From the NCBI RefSeq assembly GCF_009914755.1, contig NC_060926.1: DNA of 64,000 nucleotides. One strand, written 5' to 3'. The notes beneath the pieces were generated by a model, which was not told where the DNA came from, ran no database searches, and was given only the letters and a program-made list of their open reading frames with translations. Made by a program: the position numbers and the translations under genes. The DNA comes from the human T2T-CHM13v2.0 reference genome, Homo sapiens. Of the stretch, positions 1 to 14,892 are shown in pieces (positions within the stretch are counted from its first letter, which is position 1; every line of letters begins with the position of its first letter).

Positions 1-599
1 CCCCATCTCCCCACAGAAAAGTTGATTTTCATCAGGGGAATGAAATGCCTGGCTATCCTCCTTTAAAAAGCAGGAGTTAATACCAATTCTAATCATTATT
101 TTTACTGCTTTATGGTACATCTTAGGTTACTGTCTCATTTTTATGAATATAGACAATAATCATTAATTCCCCCCGGTAGTAGTACAGAATCATCTCCCTC
201 CACTGCAACGTTTTCCCTCATAAAAGACATGGATGAAAAACATTTGGGGCACCTAATTCTTCTTTTATGGATGATCCATGAGCATAAAACTATTAATGTT
301 TATCTCTTAAGTGTAATTACCATATTTCCCACATCAATGCCCACGGTTGAACACATCAATTAAAACTAGATATATAATTTTCACATTTCAGATGAATTTA
401 ATTATGTGAAATCTGTTTTATGCCCTCTTGTCTATATATTTCTGGAGGTGTTAGTTTGCCAGTTCTAGAATGGGTTGTCGAATACGGGATGGCTCCTTCT
501 ATGAACTAACCCAATCCTCCAGGCAGCTGCCATTAAGAGCAGAGAAGCCATGACTGTTCAGATTATTTTATGTTGAATAGGTGAATTCTGTTCATTTTT

Positions 600-2258
600 A
601 GAAAACTGATATTAAGTTCAACTTACCTACAATATTTTTTATTAAAAAGTCTTCATTATTTAAAAAGTATTTCATACTAAATAATCTCTTTTGTCCCCTT
701 CCTAACCAACTGGTAGTTCCTTTAAGACAAAAGTTAAAAGCAATACAGTTCCCCAAATTAAACCAAAAGTATGCACAAGAAAAATAATACAAATAACAGG
801 AAATAAATGAAACAACTGAAAAATAAAAAAAAAATTAACAAAGCCAGAAGTCAGTTCTCTAAAAAGCCTAATAAAATTGATGACCATTTGGCAACACTGA
901 TGAAGATTTTTAAAAAGAGAGAAAACCAAAGTTACCAATATCAAGAATAAAACAGTGAATATGACTACAGATTATACAAAAATTTAAAGTATGAGGGAAT
1001 GTTGTGAACAGCATTATGCCAGTATATTCAACAACTTAGATGAAATAGAGAAATTCCTTGAAAAATACAACTTACCAAAAGGACACAGAAAGATATAGAA
1101 AATCTAAATAACTCTATATCTGTTTAAGAAATTGAATTTGAAATTAAAGAACTTCCCAAAAGAAAACTCTAGGACTAAATGTCTCCACTGGTAAGTTTTT
1201 CCAAAAAATGAATAAAGAAAATAATACCAATCCCACACAGTGTCTTAGAAAATGAAGGAGAGAACACTTCCCAACTCATCCTGTAAAGTTATTATAATCC
1301 TAGTACCAAAACCAAAGACATTATAAGAAAATTACCAACCAAAATCCCTCATGAGCACAGATGCAAAAATCTTTAACAAAACATTATCATCTAGAAACAT
1401 ATAAAAAAAAATATGCCGCAATCAACTAGAGTTTATTTCAGGAATTAAAGGTTTGAAATCAGCGTAGTCCAATATATTAACACATTAAGTAGGAAAACTC
1501 ATGATCATTTCAGTAGACTCAGGGAAAGCACTGACACATCTATTTATGTATTTAACATAACCCAGTTGTGTTACTACACCCATTTATCCTAAAAACTTTC
1601 AGCAAACAAGGAATAGCATTTTCTTAGCCTTTAATGCACATCTAGAAAAAATGTATAGCTAAGGGCATTTGACAGTGAAATTTTAAATGTTTTTCCCTTA
1701 GGTTGGGAAGACAAAAAAGTCCACTCTCACTATCTTTATTCAACATTGTATTGGAGGTCCCTGCCTGTACAATCAGATAAGCAAGAGAAAAAAAGGTGTA
1801 CAGATTGGAAAGGAAGAAGTGAAACTCTATTATTCATCATGTGTATGTAAAAAATCTGAAAAAATCTACAAGAAAACTACTAGATCTGACAAATGAATTT
1901 AGCGATGTTTCAGAATACAAAATCTATTAGCAATAAAAATTGTTAAAAATGCTTTTTACAAGAGTATGAAAAACATCAAATACATACTTGGGGATAAATT
2001 TAACAAAAAACAAGCCAGCTTTTTATACTAAAAACTCTAAAACATTACTGAGTGAATACATAAATGGAGGGATATACCATGCATGCATGAATTGGAAGAC
2101 TCAACAGTGCTCAGATGTCAATTCTTCCCAAATTGATCTAAAGATTCAATACCATCCAAGTCAAAATCTCAGCAAAGTTTTCTCAAAAGAAAACACATAA
2201 AAATACAACTTGAAACAGTCACAGACCTAAACATCAAAGCTAAAAATTGTTATCAGAA
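600..2258 (+). mobile_element. Old L1M LINE-1, degraded ORF2 (RT region)
   Basis: A-rich decayed ORF2 motifs, e.g. 'ttcaacaacttagatgaaatagagaaattccttgaaaaatacaacttacc', 'gatgcaaaaatctttaacaaaacatta', 'ttcaacattgtattggaggtcc'; ORF 1988-2200 (GINLTK...WKTQ) is ORF2-like. Boundaries approximate. Confidence 0.9.
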
Positions 2259-2714
2259 ACAATGAGAATGCCAACTCTGTAACATTCATTCTTTCTATAA
2301 CTCACAATTGCAGTCTCATCATGAAAAGAATTTCAGATAAACACATATTGATGGTTATTCTACAAAATTCTTAGAGTAGTCTTCAAAAGTGTCAAGGCTA
2401 TAAAAGACAAGGGAAGACTGAGGAACTACAACAGATTGGAGGAAACTGAGGAGTTATCACAACCAAATGCAATGTAGTATCCCAGATTGGATCCTGGAAT
2501 GAAACAGGACATTATGGGGAAAATTGTTGAAATCCAAACAAAGTCTGTAGTTTACTTAATCTACTGTAATGTTCATTTCTTGGTTTTAATAACTGTACCA
2601 TGGTCATGTAAAATGTTAACATCAAGCGTAGCTGAAGGAAGTGTACGTAGGCACTCAATGTACTATCTTTGCAACTTCCTATAATTTTGAAATTATTTCA
2701 AAATAAAAAGCTTT
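2259..2714 (+). mobile_element. L1MD/L1ME-type 3' UTR fragment nested in the older L1
   Basis: 3' end 'tactatctttgcaacttcctataattttgaaattatttcaaaataaaa'; flanked by a degenerate direct repeat aaaaattgttatcagaa (2242-2258) / aaaaagagttattagaa (2715-2731), 14/17 identical. Confidence 0.7.
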
Positions 2715-2731
2715 AAAAAGAGTTATTAGAA

Positions 2732-3785
2732 TGAAAGAGACACTTCTTGTAACACAGAAAGGAATAAATGTGAAAGAAAAATTGGACTTCATCACAATTA
2801 AAAATATCTGTTCATCAAAGAGTACCATCAAAAGAATAAACAAGTAAGCCACGAAATGAGAGAAAATATTTGCAATACATATATCTGACAAATGACTTGG
2901 ATCCAGAATATAAAAACCACTCTGGTACTCAATAATAAAAATTAGCAACAACACTATAAAAGATAGGCAAAAGATTTGAAGAAACCCTTCACAAATGAAG
3001 ATAGCACATGGCCAATAAGCACATGAAAAAGTATTCAACATCTTTCCTATGTAGGAAATACAAATTAAAGCCACAATGAGATACCAACACTCGCTCACTA
3101 GAATGAATAAATGAAAAAGACTAACAACACCAACTGTTGATGAGGATATGGAGTAACGATATGGAGTAACTGGAACTCTAAAAAACCGCTGACTAAGTAT
3201 GTAAGATGGCATAATCCCTTTGGAAAACTCTTTGGGAGTTTCTTTAAAAGTTAAACACAAATCTACTCCATAACCCAGCACTTTCACTCCTAGGGGTTTA
3301 TACAAAAGAAATCAAACCATGTATCTACAGAAATTCCTATATTACAATATCCACATTCATTTTATTCATAATAACCCCAAACTAGAAATAGCCTGGATTT
3401 CCATCAAGGGATCAGCCAACTGCGCTTTATTTATATAGAAGATTACTATTCAGCAATGAAAAAAAGAATTAATGATGCAGACAATGATACTGATGAATCT
3501 CCAAAATATTAGTACTGTGCTGGATAAAAAGAAGCCAGAAACTTAAGGCACATACTGTATGACCCCATTCCTACAAAATTATAGTTAAGTAAAGGACAAC
3601 CTATGGTGACAGTAACCACAGCAAAGCCTGCTTCTGGGGGCCAGGACAGTGACTGGAAAGTGGCATGGGGGAGCTTTTAGGGGTGATGGATATGTTCTGT
3701 GTCTTGATATGCATTCATCACAACTGAGTGAAAGGTAAATTTAGTAACTGAACACTTCACTGCATGCAAATTATACCTCAAAGAA
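2732..3785 (+). mobile_element. Old L1M (L1MC/ME-like) ORF2 C-terminus and 3' UTR
   Basis: 'gagaaaatatttgcaatacatatatctgacaaa', 'caaattaaagccacaatgagatacca', 3' UTR ending 'tgcatgcaaattatacctcaa'. The 208-aa minus ORF 2679-3305 is the antisense of this element. Confidence 0.9.
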
Positions 3786-5949
3786 AGTAATACCGTTTTC
3801 AAGAACTAAAAGAACCATTATAAGATCTTCTCAAGTAAACATTTGAGAAGTGTTTTTTCCTTCATGCCTAGATTCTTTTCTACCTCTGGGGCTAAAATAA
3901 ACCTCACGGTTCCAGGCCTCCAGCCACTCCTCTGCCAACAGTAGTCTACATCTATTTTCTACCCAGCCTTTTGGAGCTCTCAGCCAGGGAAGGCTGCTGT
4001 GTGTCCCTAAAATGCTTCTCGAACGTAGTATACTACATTCATGCTTATGCCATTCGTTCCTAGTGCAGCACCCGGAGTAGCAACCTTATAAATGTTTCTG
4101 ATTTTACAAACTTTAAAAAAGAATAGTAATTTCTGCCCTATACCACCTTTGGAAGAACTGAAAACTACCATGCCAAATTCATTATGTTTTAAGCTAACTC
4201 TTCCTCACCCCACAGGAAGCACAGCAGTACTGAGCTCCATCTCCATTCTAGATAAGATACACCGAGGAAATCTGAAGACAAGGCAGAATTGGGGTTCTCT
4301 TTAACCTGGATCTATTCAGACCATACTGCTCAAAGTTCAATGGCTCCTTAGAGAGCTACAAGATTTTGTTCACACAGTGTTGATAAGGTCTGAATCACAT
4401 TTGTGATGCTTACCACAGTACAGATTGTTAATTTCTACATATTAGCTTTTGATGTTGAAAAGCATACCAAGTAGCTCGAAAGAAAAAGGCTCTGGACTAA
4501 AGAATCAGCAAGTATTTTATTTCGTTCACATTCTACCCAAGTACTCTCAAGAGCCACAATTGCAAGCTCTATAAACTTAAGAGTAAACTTATATTTATGC
4601 AAAAGGACCAACGAAAGATGATCAGGATCCTCTGACGTCTAGCTGGATGTAGAGTGAGGTCCAATGAATTCACTCAAAAGAAATATAGCACAAAGCAACA
4701 ATGGTTGTTCAAAATGGCAAATGAACATATTGTTCGTTCTTTTCCAATAAAAATTCAATTTTTCTTTAAGAAAAAAATTCCCAAAATATAAAATTTCTGC
4801 ATCCTTGGTTTCTTACATTTAAAGAGGCAAAAAAAGAAAAGAGAACATGTTATGGCCTACCGCAATATGTGTGCTCCAAACATATTAAATGTTTGCTGCC
4901 TCTAGAGAGTCACGGTGTATAATTCACTTTTAATTTTATAATTATTACAATTAAAATTAAACAAAGGTAAAGAAAAAAATCAATACCTACCTATAAAAGA
5001 TAGGAAAATCTCACTTTAAGGAATATCTCTGCTTTCTGAGTATAGAATGGACAAGAGAGAATCTGAGCAGATGACTTAATGCAGTCTACTGGGAGTGAAC
5101 CTTCCTATGAATCGGCCTGCTAGATATGACCCTCAAAGAGGCATCAGACATTTCTCCAACTTAAGCTATTCCCATGTTTATTGTAACATTCCTCCCCTGA
5201 GCTCACCTGCCCTGTCCTTTCCAAGTCTCACTGAACAAACTTCGGTGTTCCACACTGGACTGGGGGATTCGGAAAATTTCCCAAAAGATATGATCCCTGT
5301 TGTGGGGGGTTAAATTATTTTGGAAAACAAATAAAAAACATACACACAAAGACAACAATGTATATCCTCTCCCTTCATCCAACACAAATCTTAAATATCC
5401 TTCAAGGTTCCACTTGTCCATCAGCTCCTTTGAGCTGTTTTCCTAGAGTTCCCAAAGAAATGAACCCTGCTACCCATATTACGATTAGCATCTTTATTAT
5501 AGCTCCTACTTACAATTCATGTCTGAAATATATGTAGTAGGCTCTAAGTTCCTCTCTAGTCCTCTCAGAATTCTTTCCATGGTGCTTAGCATAGCACCTT
5601 GTATGCAGTTAGTGGTCACCAAATAATAGTTGTATTCTCAATCTTTTCATTTAAGTCTGGAGTAGGGAAGAGGGCTGTCATGAGGAGGAGGGTTAAGGAG
5701 TGGAAATCCTGCTTCTAATTACCAGCACCATTCTCCAGTCTGTCACATTACTTATAAACTCAAACTTCATTTTACCTTTGCTTACTGCAATGAATTCAAC
5801 ATCGATCTGGAAAAACCGACATCATGAGGTCAATCTATCACGTGCTATGCTGCAGATTTAGGAATTATTAAAATGACATATAGAACCCAAAATGCTACTT
5901 AATCAACTTAATTTTCCTGTGTCCATACACACCAAAAATGATTTATTAA

Positions 5950-6248
5950 TTTTTTTTTTTTTTTTGAGGCAGGGTCTCACTCTGTCACCCAGGCTGGAGT
6001 GACATGGCTTGATCATGGCTCACTGCAGCCTTGACCTTCCGGGCTCAAGCAGTCCTTCCACCTCAGCCACCTGAATAGCTAGGACCACAGGTGCGCGACA
6101 TCATGTTCAGCTAATTTTTTACATTTTTTTGTAGAGACAGGGTCTTACTATGTTGCCTAGGATGGTCTCGAACTCCTGGGCTCAAGCAATCCTCCTGCCT
6201 CAGACTCCCAAAGTGCTGGGATTACAGGTGTGAGCTACCACACCAGCC
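5950..6248 (-). mobile_element. AluJ
   Basis: Full dimeric Alu in antisense with poly-T and J-type 'cctgggctcaagcaatcctcc'. Confidence 0.93.
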
Positions 6249-6539
6249 CCAAAGGAGAATTTTTATTTTAGAACTACAGCATGAAGTATAAATGACTACG
6301 GTTTTATTTTATTATTATTGTACATTTTTTTTCCTTTTGCTCACACTGATTTATTAAAATTTATGTCAGGCTTGACATGGATGATCAATCCTTATTTTTT
6401 CAAGCTTACTAAGGATATTTTCCTACAAAATAAGTATATAAATATGTTTATATGCAAGCCCTTCTAAGGAATGATTCTCATCATCACAGATCATGATCTA
6501 GGAATTTCTGTCAATTACTCTTGAGCTCTTTGAGGTCAA

Positions 6540-6630
6540 GGACTACATATTAAAGTCTTTGTACTTTCAGCACATGGCACAGTGCCTGGCACATAGTCGG
6601 CACTCAGTGAAAGTTTGTGAAATGAGTGCT
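6540..6630 (+). mobile_element. L2 3' end fragment
   Basis: 'gcacagtgcctggcacatagtcggcactcagtgaaagtttgtgaaatgagtg' matches the L2 3' terminus. Confidence 0.7.
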
Positions 6631-8342
6631 CTGCCATGAGTCTTAGGCAGATGAAAGAACAACTCAAAAGTGAAGACAGACAGTATGCTGAACTCTCAGC
6701 CTTCTGCCACCACGGAAATATGTCTTTACATGCTTCCACAGGGTTCAAGTCCTGGCCCTCACTGAGGCTGTCTGGGCAGAGCATGCTGTTCAGAAGTCAT
6801 GTGCAGGTAGAGTGCAGGGATGCTGCATACAAGAACATGATTAAAGACCCAGTCCCTGACATGGGCTCAGCACAGAGGAGACATTCAGTGAATGTTCAAT
6901 GAAACTGCTTATGTTGTTCTAAAGCCAACAAGTTGAACTTCCATTCCCAGGGAGTTGCTGTACTATCAGGGAATCAACCAAGGTCTCACAACTATGGATC
7001 AGGAACCAATAATGTTGGGATATAAGCTGATGTCCCTTGCAACTGTGTAGTCTTTGCAGGCATTTTGATTAATATCTGAAAAAGCTGCTCACAGTTAAAT
7101 GCAATCATCATTTAGCAAACATGTATTGAGCCCCAATTCAACTATTCAAGGAATTGAGGATACAAAAATAAATAATTTGCAGTCATCAGTACTCATGCAA
7201 CTCTCAGGCATGGGGTTACAGCTGTAGCATAAACCAATGAGTACGATACCAGAATCTAAATATATATGCCTGGAAAGGAAAGCGAGAGAGCTAGTGAGAC
7301 TGCAAGTGCAAAGTGCACATACAGGGGTGCAACAGCACAAAAGAAATTTAAGCAGTGCCATTGCTCCCACCTGCCCTTCTCCCCAGTAAGCATGCACACC
7401 CGAGTACACTGGAGTGGAAGCCCGGGGCCTGTTACCTCCTACAGTCAGGCACTGGTTCTTTACGCTTCTCATTTCTCTGCACTGAGCTGGATGCTACTGT
7501 TTAAAGATACAAATTTTTCATATAACAAAGCCTCCAAACTCAAACCACCTACTTCAGGCATTATTAATTTCTACATACACATTACACATACATACATATA
7601 GGACCGGGTAAATTAGAATACGGATTAGCTGTTTTTTGTGAGAGATTTAGGGAGCCTCAGGGACAATTTCAATTGTGATTTCTGCTTCATACTCTGAGTA
7701 TGAGTCTAATGGTTCTGTGGAACAAGCAAAGTGCTTCAGAAGCATAGGACCTGGTGCAAGGGGCAAGCCTGCCCTGCCTGGGGGGTTACAGAGGATTAAG
7801 TATGGTCTGTACTGTCACGATTCAACAACCTCTTAAAAAATACAATATATGCTTAACAAGGCTTCTGTTGACCTCTTTCTGGAAGCCTGATTTCTTTCCT
7901 CCACTTATGTTAACAGATTAAAAATTTAAAAAAAAAACATAATTTTTTTAAGTAAACACAATCAGGATTTTGCCCCCAAATGTAAATCTCCAAAAAATCT
8001 GAAGTGCGGCATCACAGCCAAGTGATGCCAATCCTGGTCTACTTCTACTGCCCCTCCAACTGAGACCAGCAATCTCACACAGGCTCAGGGCATAAGCTAT
8101 GTGTAGGGTGGTCCTAGAATTGTTGAGAGCCTGGACTCCTACCTCCTTAAAGGAAAGGATGTGAAAACTGCACTATGGATATCCCCACTCTCATCATGCC
8201 CCTACTTGCACAAGCCAAAGCTTGCTTCAAGTCAAAAGCTTAGGAGATGAGCAATTAAACAATTTTCCAAAGGTTTCTAAGTGAGTCAGAAACAATCCAG
8301 CCACAGGGCCTCTCCAGGGCACTCTGAAAAGTACTAAGTGTC

Positions 8343-8829
8343 ATGCACACATGTGTCCATTGCAGCACTATTCATAATAGCAAAGACATGGAATCAACCT
8401 AAATGCCCATCAATGATAGACTTGATAAAGAAAATGTGGCACATATACACCATGGGATACTATGCAGCTACAAAAAAGAATGAGATCGTGCCCTGTGCAG
8501 GAACATGAACGGAGCTGGAGGCCATTATCCTAGGCAAATGAACTCAGGAACAGAAGACCAACTACCACATGTTCTAACTTATAAGTGGGAGCTAAATGAT
8601 GAGAACACATGGACACATAGAAGGAAACAACACACACTGGGGCCTTTCAGAGGGTAGAGGGCAGAAGAAGGGAGGGGATCAGAAAAAAATAACTAATGAT
8701 TACTAGGCTTAACACCAGGGTGATTAAATAGTCTGTACAACAGACCCTTAAGATGTAATTTTACCTATGTAACAAACTTGCCCATGTACCCCTGAACTTA
8801 AAATAAAAGTTAAAAAAAATTTTTTTAAA
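8343..8829 (+). mobile_element. L1PA13-16-like 5'-truncated 3' end
   Basis: ORF2 end 'aaagaaaatgtggcacatatacaccatgg'; 3' UTR 'catgtacccctgaacttaaaataaaagtt'; TSD tactaagtgtc at 8332-8342 and 8830-8840. Confidence 0.92.
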
Positions 8830-8895
8830 TACTAAGTGTCCTAATCAGAGAACCATGAATGTACATACTGAGAGGCCCCAGAGCACGTGGGAGAC

Positions 8896-9267
8896 TGATA
8901 TGGTTTGGGTGGTTTTGTGTCCCCACCCAAATCTCATCTTGTAGCTCCCATAATTCCCACATGTGGTGGGAGGGACCCAGTGGGAGATGACTGAATCACA
9001 GGGACAGGTGTTTCCCGTGCTGTTCTCATGATAGTGAATGGGTCTCATGAGATCTGATGGTTTTAAAAATGGGAGTTCCCCTGCACAAGCTCTCTCTCTG
9101 CCTGCTGCCATCCACATAAGATGTGACTTGCTCCTCCTTGCCTTCCGCCATGATTGTGAGGCCTCCCTAGCCACGTGGAACTGTAAGTCCAATTAAACCT
9201 CTTTCGTTTGTAAACTGCCCGGTCTCAGGTATGTCTTTTATCAGCAGCGTGAAAACAGACTTATACA
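8896..9267 (+). mobile_element. THE1A solo LTR (ERVL-MaLR)
   Basis: Termini TGATATGGTTTGG...ACTTATACA and THE1A-type internal sequence; 5-bp TSD gagac/gaggc. Confidence 0.93.
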
Positions 9268-10139
9268 GAGGCTGTTTCATGCTTCAGAGTCTACATAGCT
9301 ATTGTGGGGCAGATGTACTAATATGGGAAGGGAAATTAAAGTTTAAGACTAAATAACTTCATGAAAATCTCAACGCAGCAGGTAAATGGCATTATGTAAG
9401 TTTTTAAAATATATAAAACATTAAGCCAGGGATTCTTCCTTGAATACAAGTTCAAGGAAGCTTGAACTTGTTCCTTGAATACAAGCTCTTTGTCCTCACA
9501 GACAACTACAAGGGAAAGCTGATATTTCCAGGTCATCTTCACAGCACATACTCACCTAATTACATTTCTATAACTAGAACAAGTTGTTGTTCTCGTAAAC
9601 TTTGTTTTCCAGTGTCAGATGGAGCTTGAAAGCTGCCATGGATGAAAGACTCCTTCAAAAGTTCAGTAACTGTATCTGTGTAAACTAAGTTAGGTTCCTC
9701 TTTTTATCGTATCACTTCAGTAAATAAGGCCAGTTGTGCTCATTTGTCAACAGGAAACACAGAAAGGAACCAGAAAACAAGATGCAGCCTCCGGAGGCCG
9801 GTCTTGGCCATGTGCTGGGTAAGGTAACACCATGGCTGTGTCTTGAGACCACCCCAACCTCAGTTCACTTGAATGAAGAATTTTATAATCTCAACTCTAA
9901 GGGACCTGTCAAATTAGTCCAGGGTGAGCTCAGACCCACTCTCTTGAAGTGGCAGCAGCCTTTGATGATAACAACTCTGACCGCACAAACACTACACAGC
10001 AGTGTGCGACTCACACATCACAGAAACACCACAGGAGCCACACTTTCAGGTCTAGAAGGAAATACTGTAGATTAAAGTCAACTTTTAAAGAAGTAAAAAA
10101 AGAATAATTGACATCAGTTTAATACATTTTGGACAATTA

Positions 10140-10453
<314 letters not shown>

Positions 10454-11577
10454 TCAGACTCATTACGTTACTTAATCAAAATTCATAAAATTAATTTTGG
10501 AGCAATTCAGCTCCAGCAACAGAAAGAACCTAATCATCCCTTTCATCAGTAACTGCTTATCTTCTTCATTTTAATTTTATGTTGATGTGCTTATTTATTT
10601 TTATTTATTAATGAATCTAGTTTCTTGTTACCCTGGACTTCCCATATTAATAATCTGAATAAACAACCTTATTCAACACATATCTTTTTACCAAAAAATG
10701 TCCTCTTAGACAAAGCACACTCTGACATCACGTTGCCTTGCCTTCACTTGATTTAGACTCCAAGTTCACAGTGCAATAAAGTACAAGGCAATTGAGAAAT
10801 TTTAAAGCAAATGTGTTTTGGGTACAGCATTTTACAACCAAAAGAGCTTTAAAATGGCATTTCTGAACAACTGAAGAGGCTAGAATGCCAACAAATATCT
10901 GAAAATGAGCATGACATTAAAATACAGTTTGACATGTTCAGTGAAAGAGAACTGGGGGTAAATGCGCCATTATACATTTTGAATTTTTAGCTTTTTTTTT
11001 TTTTAATGAGTATCTGACTTCTTCATGTGTTACAAACTCAGGAAAGCAGACAGTCTTGGGATATTAAAATAGATAAAGTGTTTTCAGGATGAGATGGAGA
11101 CTGCCACAGAACTGTACACAAGCATCTCTCTAAACTTAAAGAAAACACTGATTCTGGGCTAAGAGAGTGTTTACTGTGTAGATGAGGTCTACAGGATAAA
11201 CTCAATTTATCCAAATCCTGTGCCTTCCAGCCAAGAAACTATAAAAGAAGACTTTGTAGAATGAAGCAAAAAGTCATACTTCCTTTCCTAAGGATTGCAA
11301 CCTGTTCACAAGACAGGCAGAGCTGAACAGCTGGTCCCCTTCCAGGGCTCCAAGAAATGTGAATTCCAAGGACAAGGTAGCCCTGAAATGCCTGCCTCAT
11401 GGGATCCTGCCCTGTCAGTAGTAAGCATCTTCAAAGTGGCTCCTGCAGGTTGGTCTCCTCAATCACAGAGTTCAGACAGAACCCTGACACCAGCCACGTG
11501 TACCATGCGGTCAGCCAAATGTGTAAGGAACTTGTTTTGAGAGGAGAGAAGAAAATTCTATAGTAGGCGAGACAGGC

Positions 11578-11657
11578 TTCTCTCTCCTGCTCCTCCTCCC
11601 TTTCTTTTTCTCTCTCTCCTCTTTCTTCCCTCCTTCTCTCCCTCTTTCTCTTTCTCT
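11578..11657 (+). repeat. CT-rich low-complexity polypyrimidine tract
   Basis: About 80 nt almost entirely C/T. Confidence 0.85.
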
Positions 11658-12392
11658 CACACAGTTCCTACATTTCTGCACTGGGGGACAAACCAGGCTT
11701 CTGATCAAAGGCAATCTGAGACTTGGGTTCAAAAGCTTTGATGAAGATTGGTACCTGCTATGCAGATGGGGGGAGGGAAGAAGAGACTAGCCTAGGGGCT
11801 TTTATATTTCTTTAAAGCATCAGCCATTAATGGGCTAAGTTTACCACTGGGACCCAGAGAGCTAGTCCCCAAACACAAGCTCAAAATGTATGCATTTTCC
11901 AATTCATGGTTTTCAAGGACATGTTCCATTTCTATGAGGCTCTAATGAGATCTGAGAGATGTACATATTTTTTTAAAGTCACACTTACAATGGCTCTCAC
12001 AGCACATCCGGGAGCAACTCAGTAACTTGTCTAAGCACTTACATACTGAAGTTCCGAGAACCACCAGCTTAAGGTTCAGAATTGAAATTTACAGACCCAG
12101 TCTTTGCTTTTTTCAACTCTGTAATCTTGTAGACGGTTCATAGGTTTAAGACATTAAATAACCATGGATTATCATGACTCTAGAATCAGTTGGATTTGTG
12201 ACAAAAATTAGCAAAATGATGAAATAAATGTAAGGACCCCCTTCCCATCTCATTACTTTGGTTAGTTTATGCCCCAGGTGGGATGGGTCAGGACTTAACA
12301 GTCATCCATTCATGGAACAGTTATTGAGCTCAAGCCACTCCCTGGAGATGTCAAGAAAAGTGAGCTGCTTTCTCTGCAGGAAAGCCAAAGAA

Positions 12393-12470
12393 TTAGGCTG
12401 GTGCAAAAGTAACTGCAGCGTTGCCATTAAAAGCAATAGCAAAAACAGCAATTTCTCTTGCACAATATAT
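12393..12470. mobile_element. MADE1 (Hsmar1 mariner-derived MITE, miR-548-type hairpin)
   Basis: 'ttaggctggtgcaaaagtaactgc...gcaaaaacagcaatttctcttgcac' is the ~80-bp palindromic MADE1 pattern with imperfect arms. Confidence 0.88.
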
Positions 12471-12614
12471 GGATCTTTTATAAGGGAGAAAAAAGGTATT
12501 ATTGATCGATATGGCTAGAAACAGGCTGGACCTTTGTGGGTATAAACCCAGAAGGGCCCTGGTGTTGAGGTGTTGGAAGAACACTGATGGATTCTTTATT
12601 TTTTTCATTAACTA

Positions 12615-13124
<510 letters not shown>

Positions 13125-13172
13125 TTACCTTCCTTAATACAGCACTGTGATCACATATATGATGGTATAGAT

Positions 13173-13395
13173 CAAGCTTGTCCAACCTGCAGCCCATGGA
13201 CGCATGCAGGCCAGGATGGCTTTGAATACGGCCCAATACAAATTTATAAACTTTCTTAAAACATTATGAGATTTTTTTTGCGATTTTTTTTTAGCTCATC
13301 AGCTATTGTTAGTGTTAGTTTATTTTATGTGTGGCCCAAGACAATTCTTCTTCTTCCAATGTGGCCCAGGGAAGCCAAAAAACTGGACACTCCTG
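13173..13395 (+). mobile_element. MER30 (hAT-Charlie non-autonomous DNA transposon)
   Basis: Termini caagcttgtcca.../...tggacactcctg; perfect 8-bp TSD gtatagat (13165-13172, 13396-13403), the length typical of hAT elements. Confidence 0.92.
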
Positions 13396-14407
13396 GTATA
13401 GATGGTGTGGCTCATTCTGCTCATCCTTCTTTGAGAAAGCGCATTTCAGAAGCTATTTCTCCTCATTCCAGATTTTATGCTGATTAAAGAAAACAAGATT
13501 TGCACACAGAGCATCCTCTAGTTATTTGGGTAACAGACACAGCCATGAGAATGTTCCGCTCCACAGGGGCCATCAGTGCAAATGGCCTTCCCCACACTAC
13601 ATCGACCACTTCCCCACAGCAAGCTTGGCCAGGATCCAGCCAACCAGTGCTGACGTCCTTCGCTCAGGGAGGTGTTGGGCCTTGCACACTATGGCCCCTT
13701 ACACACTCCATTGCAATTTTGTTCATCTCTGTCCAGCTAAACTGTAGAAACCCGGAGTGTAGGGACTGCGTCTTGAATTCATCTGTGTCTGGCATGTGCA
13801 AAATGCTCCACAACATCAGTTTTACACTCTTAGGATAAGAAAATTCATTTTCAAGAGTTTTAATGACTACAGAGAGGTGGCAAGGTAAACAGTTTCCACG
13901 TGACCCCATAGACTTCTCCATTAATCATAGTTTCCAATTAACTTTTTTGTTGTGCTACATAGATCTTCTTGTTCTATTCCAGATCATAATGTACAGTTTC
14001 AATAATATGTTTTTTTAATTGATGTTAAATATGCTCCTAGAAGCTGCACTGCAACAAAGTAATTTCAGAGAAAGGCAAACTGGATTCAGTTTTCAGATAA
14101 TAAATATATATGTGCATAATTAAAAGAGATTGATGTTTCCAGAAAGGAGCACAATGGAATGAAGAAGGTGGTGCAGAAAGGCTGAGCCCTGTGCTATTAG
14201 TGATGAGTTTCACCGGAGGTCTTTTTTTTTAAATAAAAACTTAATTTCTCTGTCTTTGAATTCTATGAGATCTCTTTCAGACAAACACAACATTCTGAAA
14301 ATCAAAGACTTGGGGATTACTTGGGAAAAGTTCCTTTGAGAACTCATCAAGAAAGCAAGGGGCTTAAACTTGAGACATAGTATTTAGCTTAAGAATTGGA
14401 AAGACTC

Positions 14408-14892
14408 TTTTTTTTTAAGTTCTGGGACACACGTGCAGAACATGCAGGTTTGTTACATAGGTATACGTGTGCTTTGGTGGTTTGCTGCACCCACCAACCC
14501 ATCTTCCAGGTTTTAAGCCCTGCATGCATTAGGTATTTCTCCTAATGCTATCCCTCACCTTGCCCCCCACCCCCCGACAGGCCCTGACAGACAGGGTGTG
14601 ATGTTCCCCTTCCTGTGTCCATGTGTTCTCATTGTTCAGCTCCCACTTATGAGTGAGAACATGCAGTGTTTGGTTTTCTGTTCTTGTGATAGTTTGCTGA
14701 GAATGATGGTTTCCAGCTTCATCCATGTCCCTGCAAAGGACATGAACTCATCCTTTTTTATGGCTGCATAGTATTCCATGGTGTATATGTGCCACATTTT
14801 CTTTATCCAGTCTATCATTGATGGGCATTAGGATTGGTTCCAAGTCTTTGCTATTGTGAATAGTGCTGCAATAAACATACATGTACATGTGT
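14408..14892 (-). mobile_element. L1PA7/8-like 3' end
   Basis: ORF 14636-14818 is the L1 ORF2 C-terminus (WIKKMWHIYTMEYYAAIKKDEFMSFAGTWMKLE); degenerate TSD gaaagactcttt/gaaaggctcttt. Confidence 0.95.

Noticed and set aside
2679-3305. Longest ORF (208 aa, hydrophobic, minus strand) as a membrane protein
   Set aside because: It is the antisense reading of an A-rich L1 ORF2 remnant; the T-rich strand naturally yields F/L/I.
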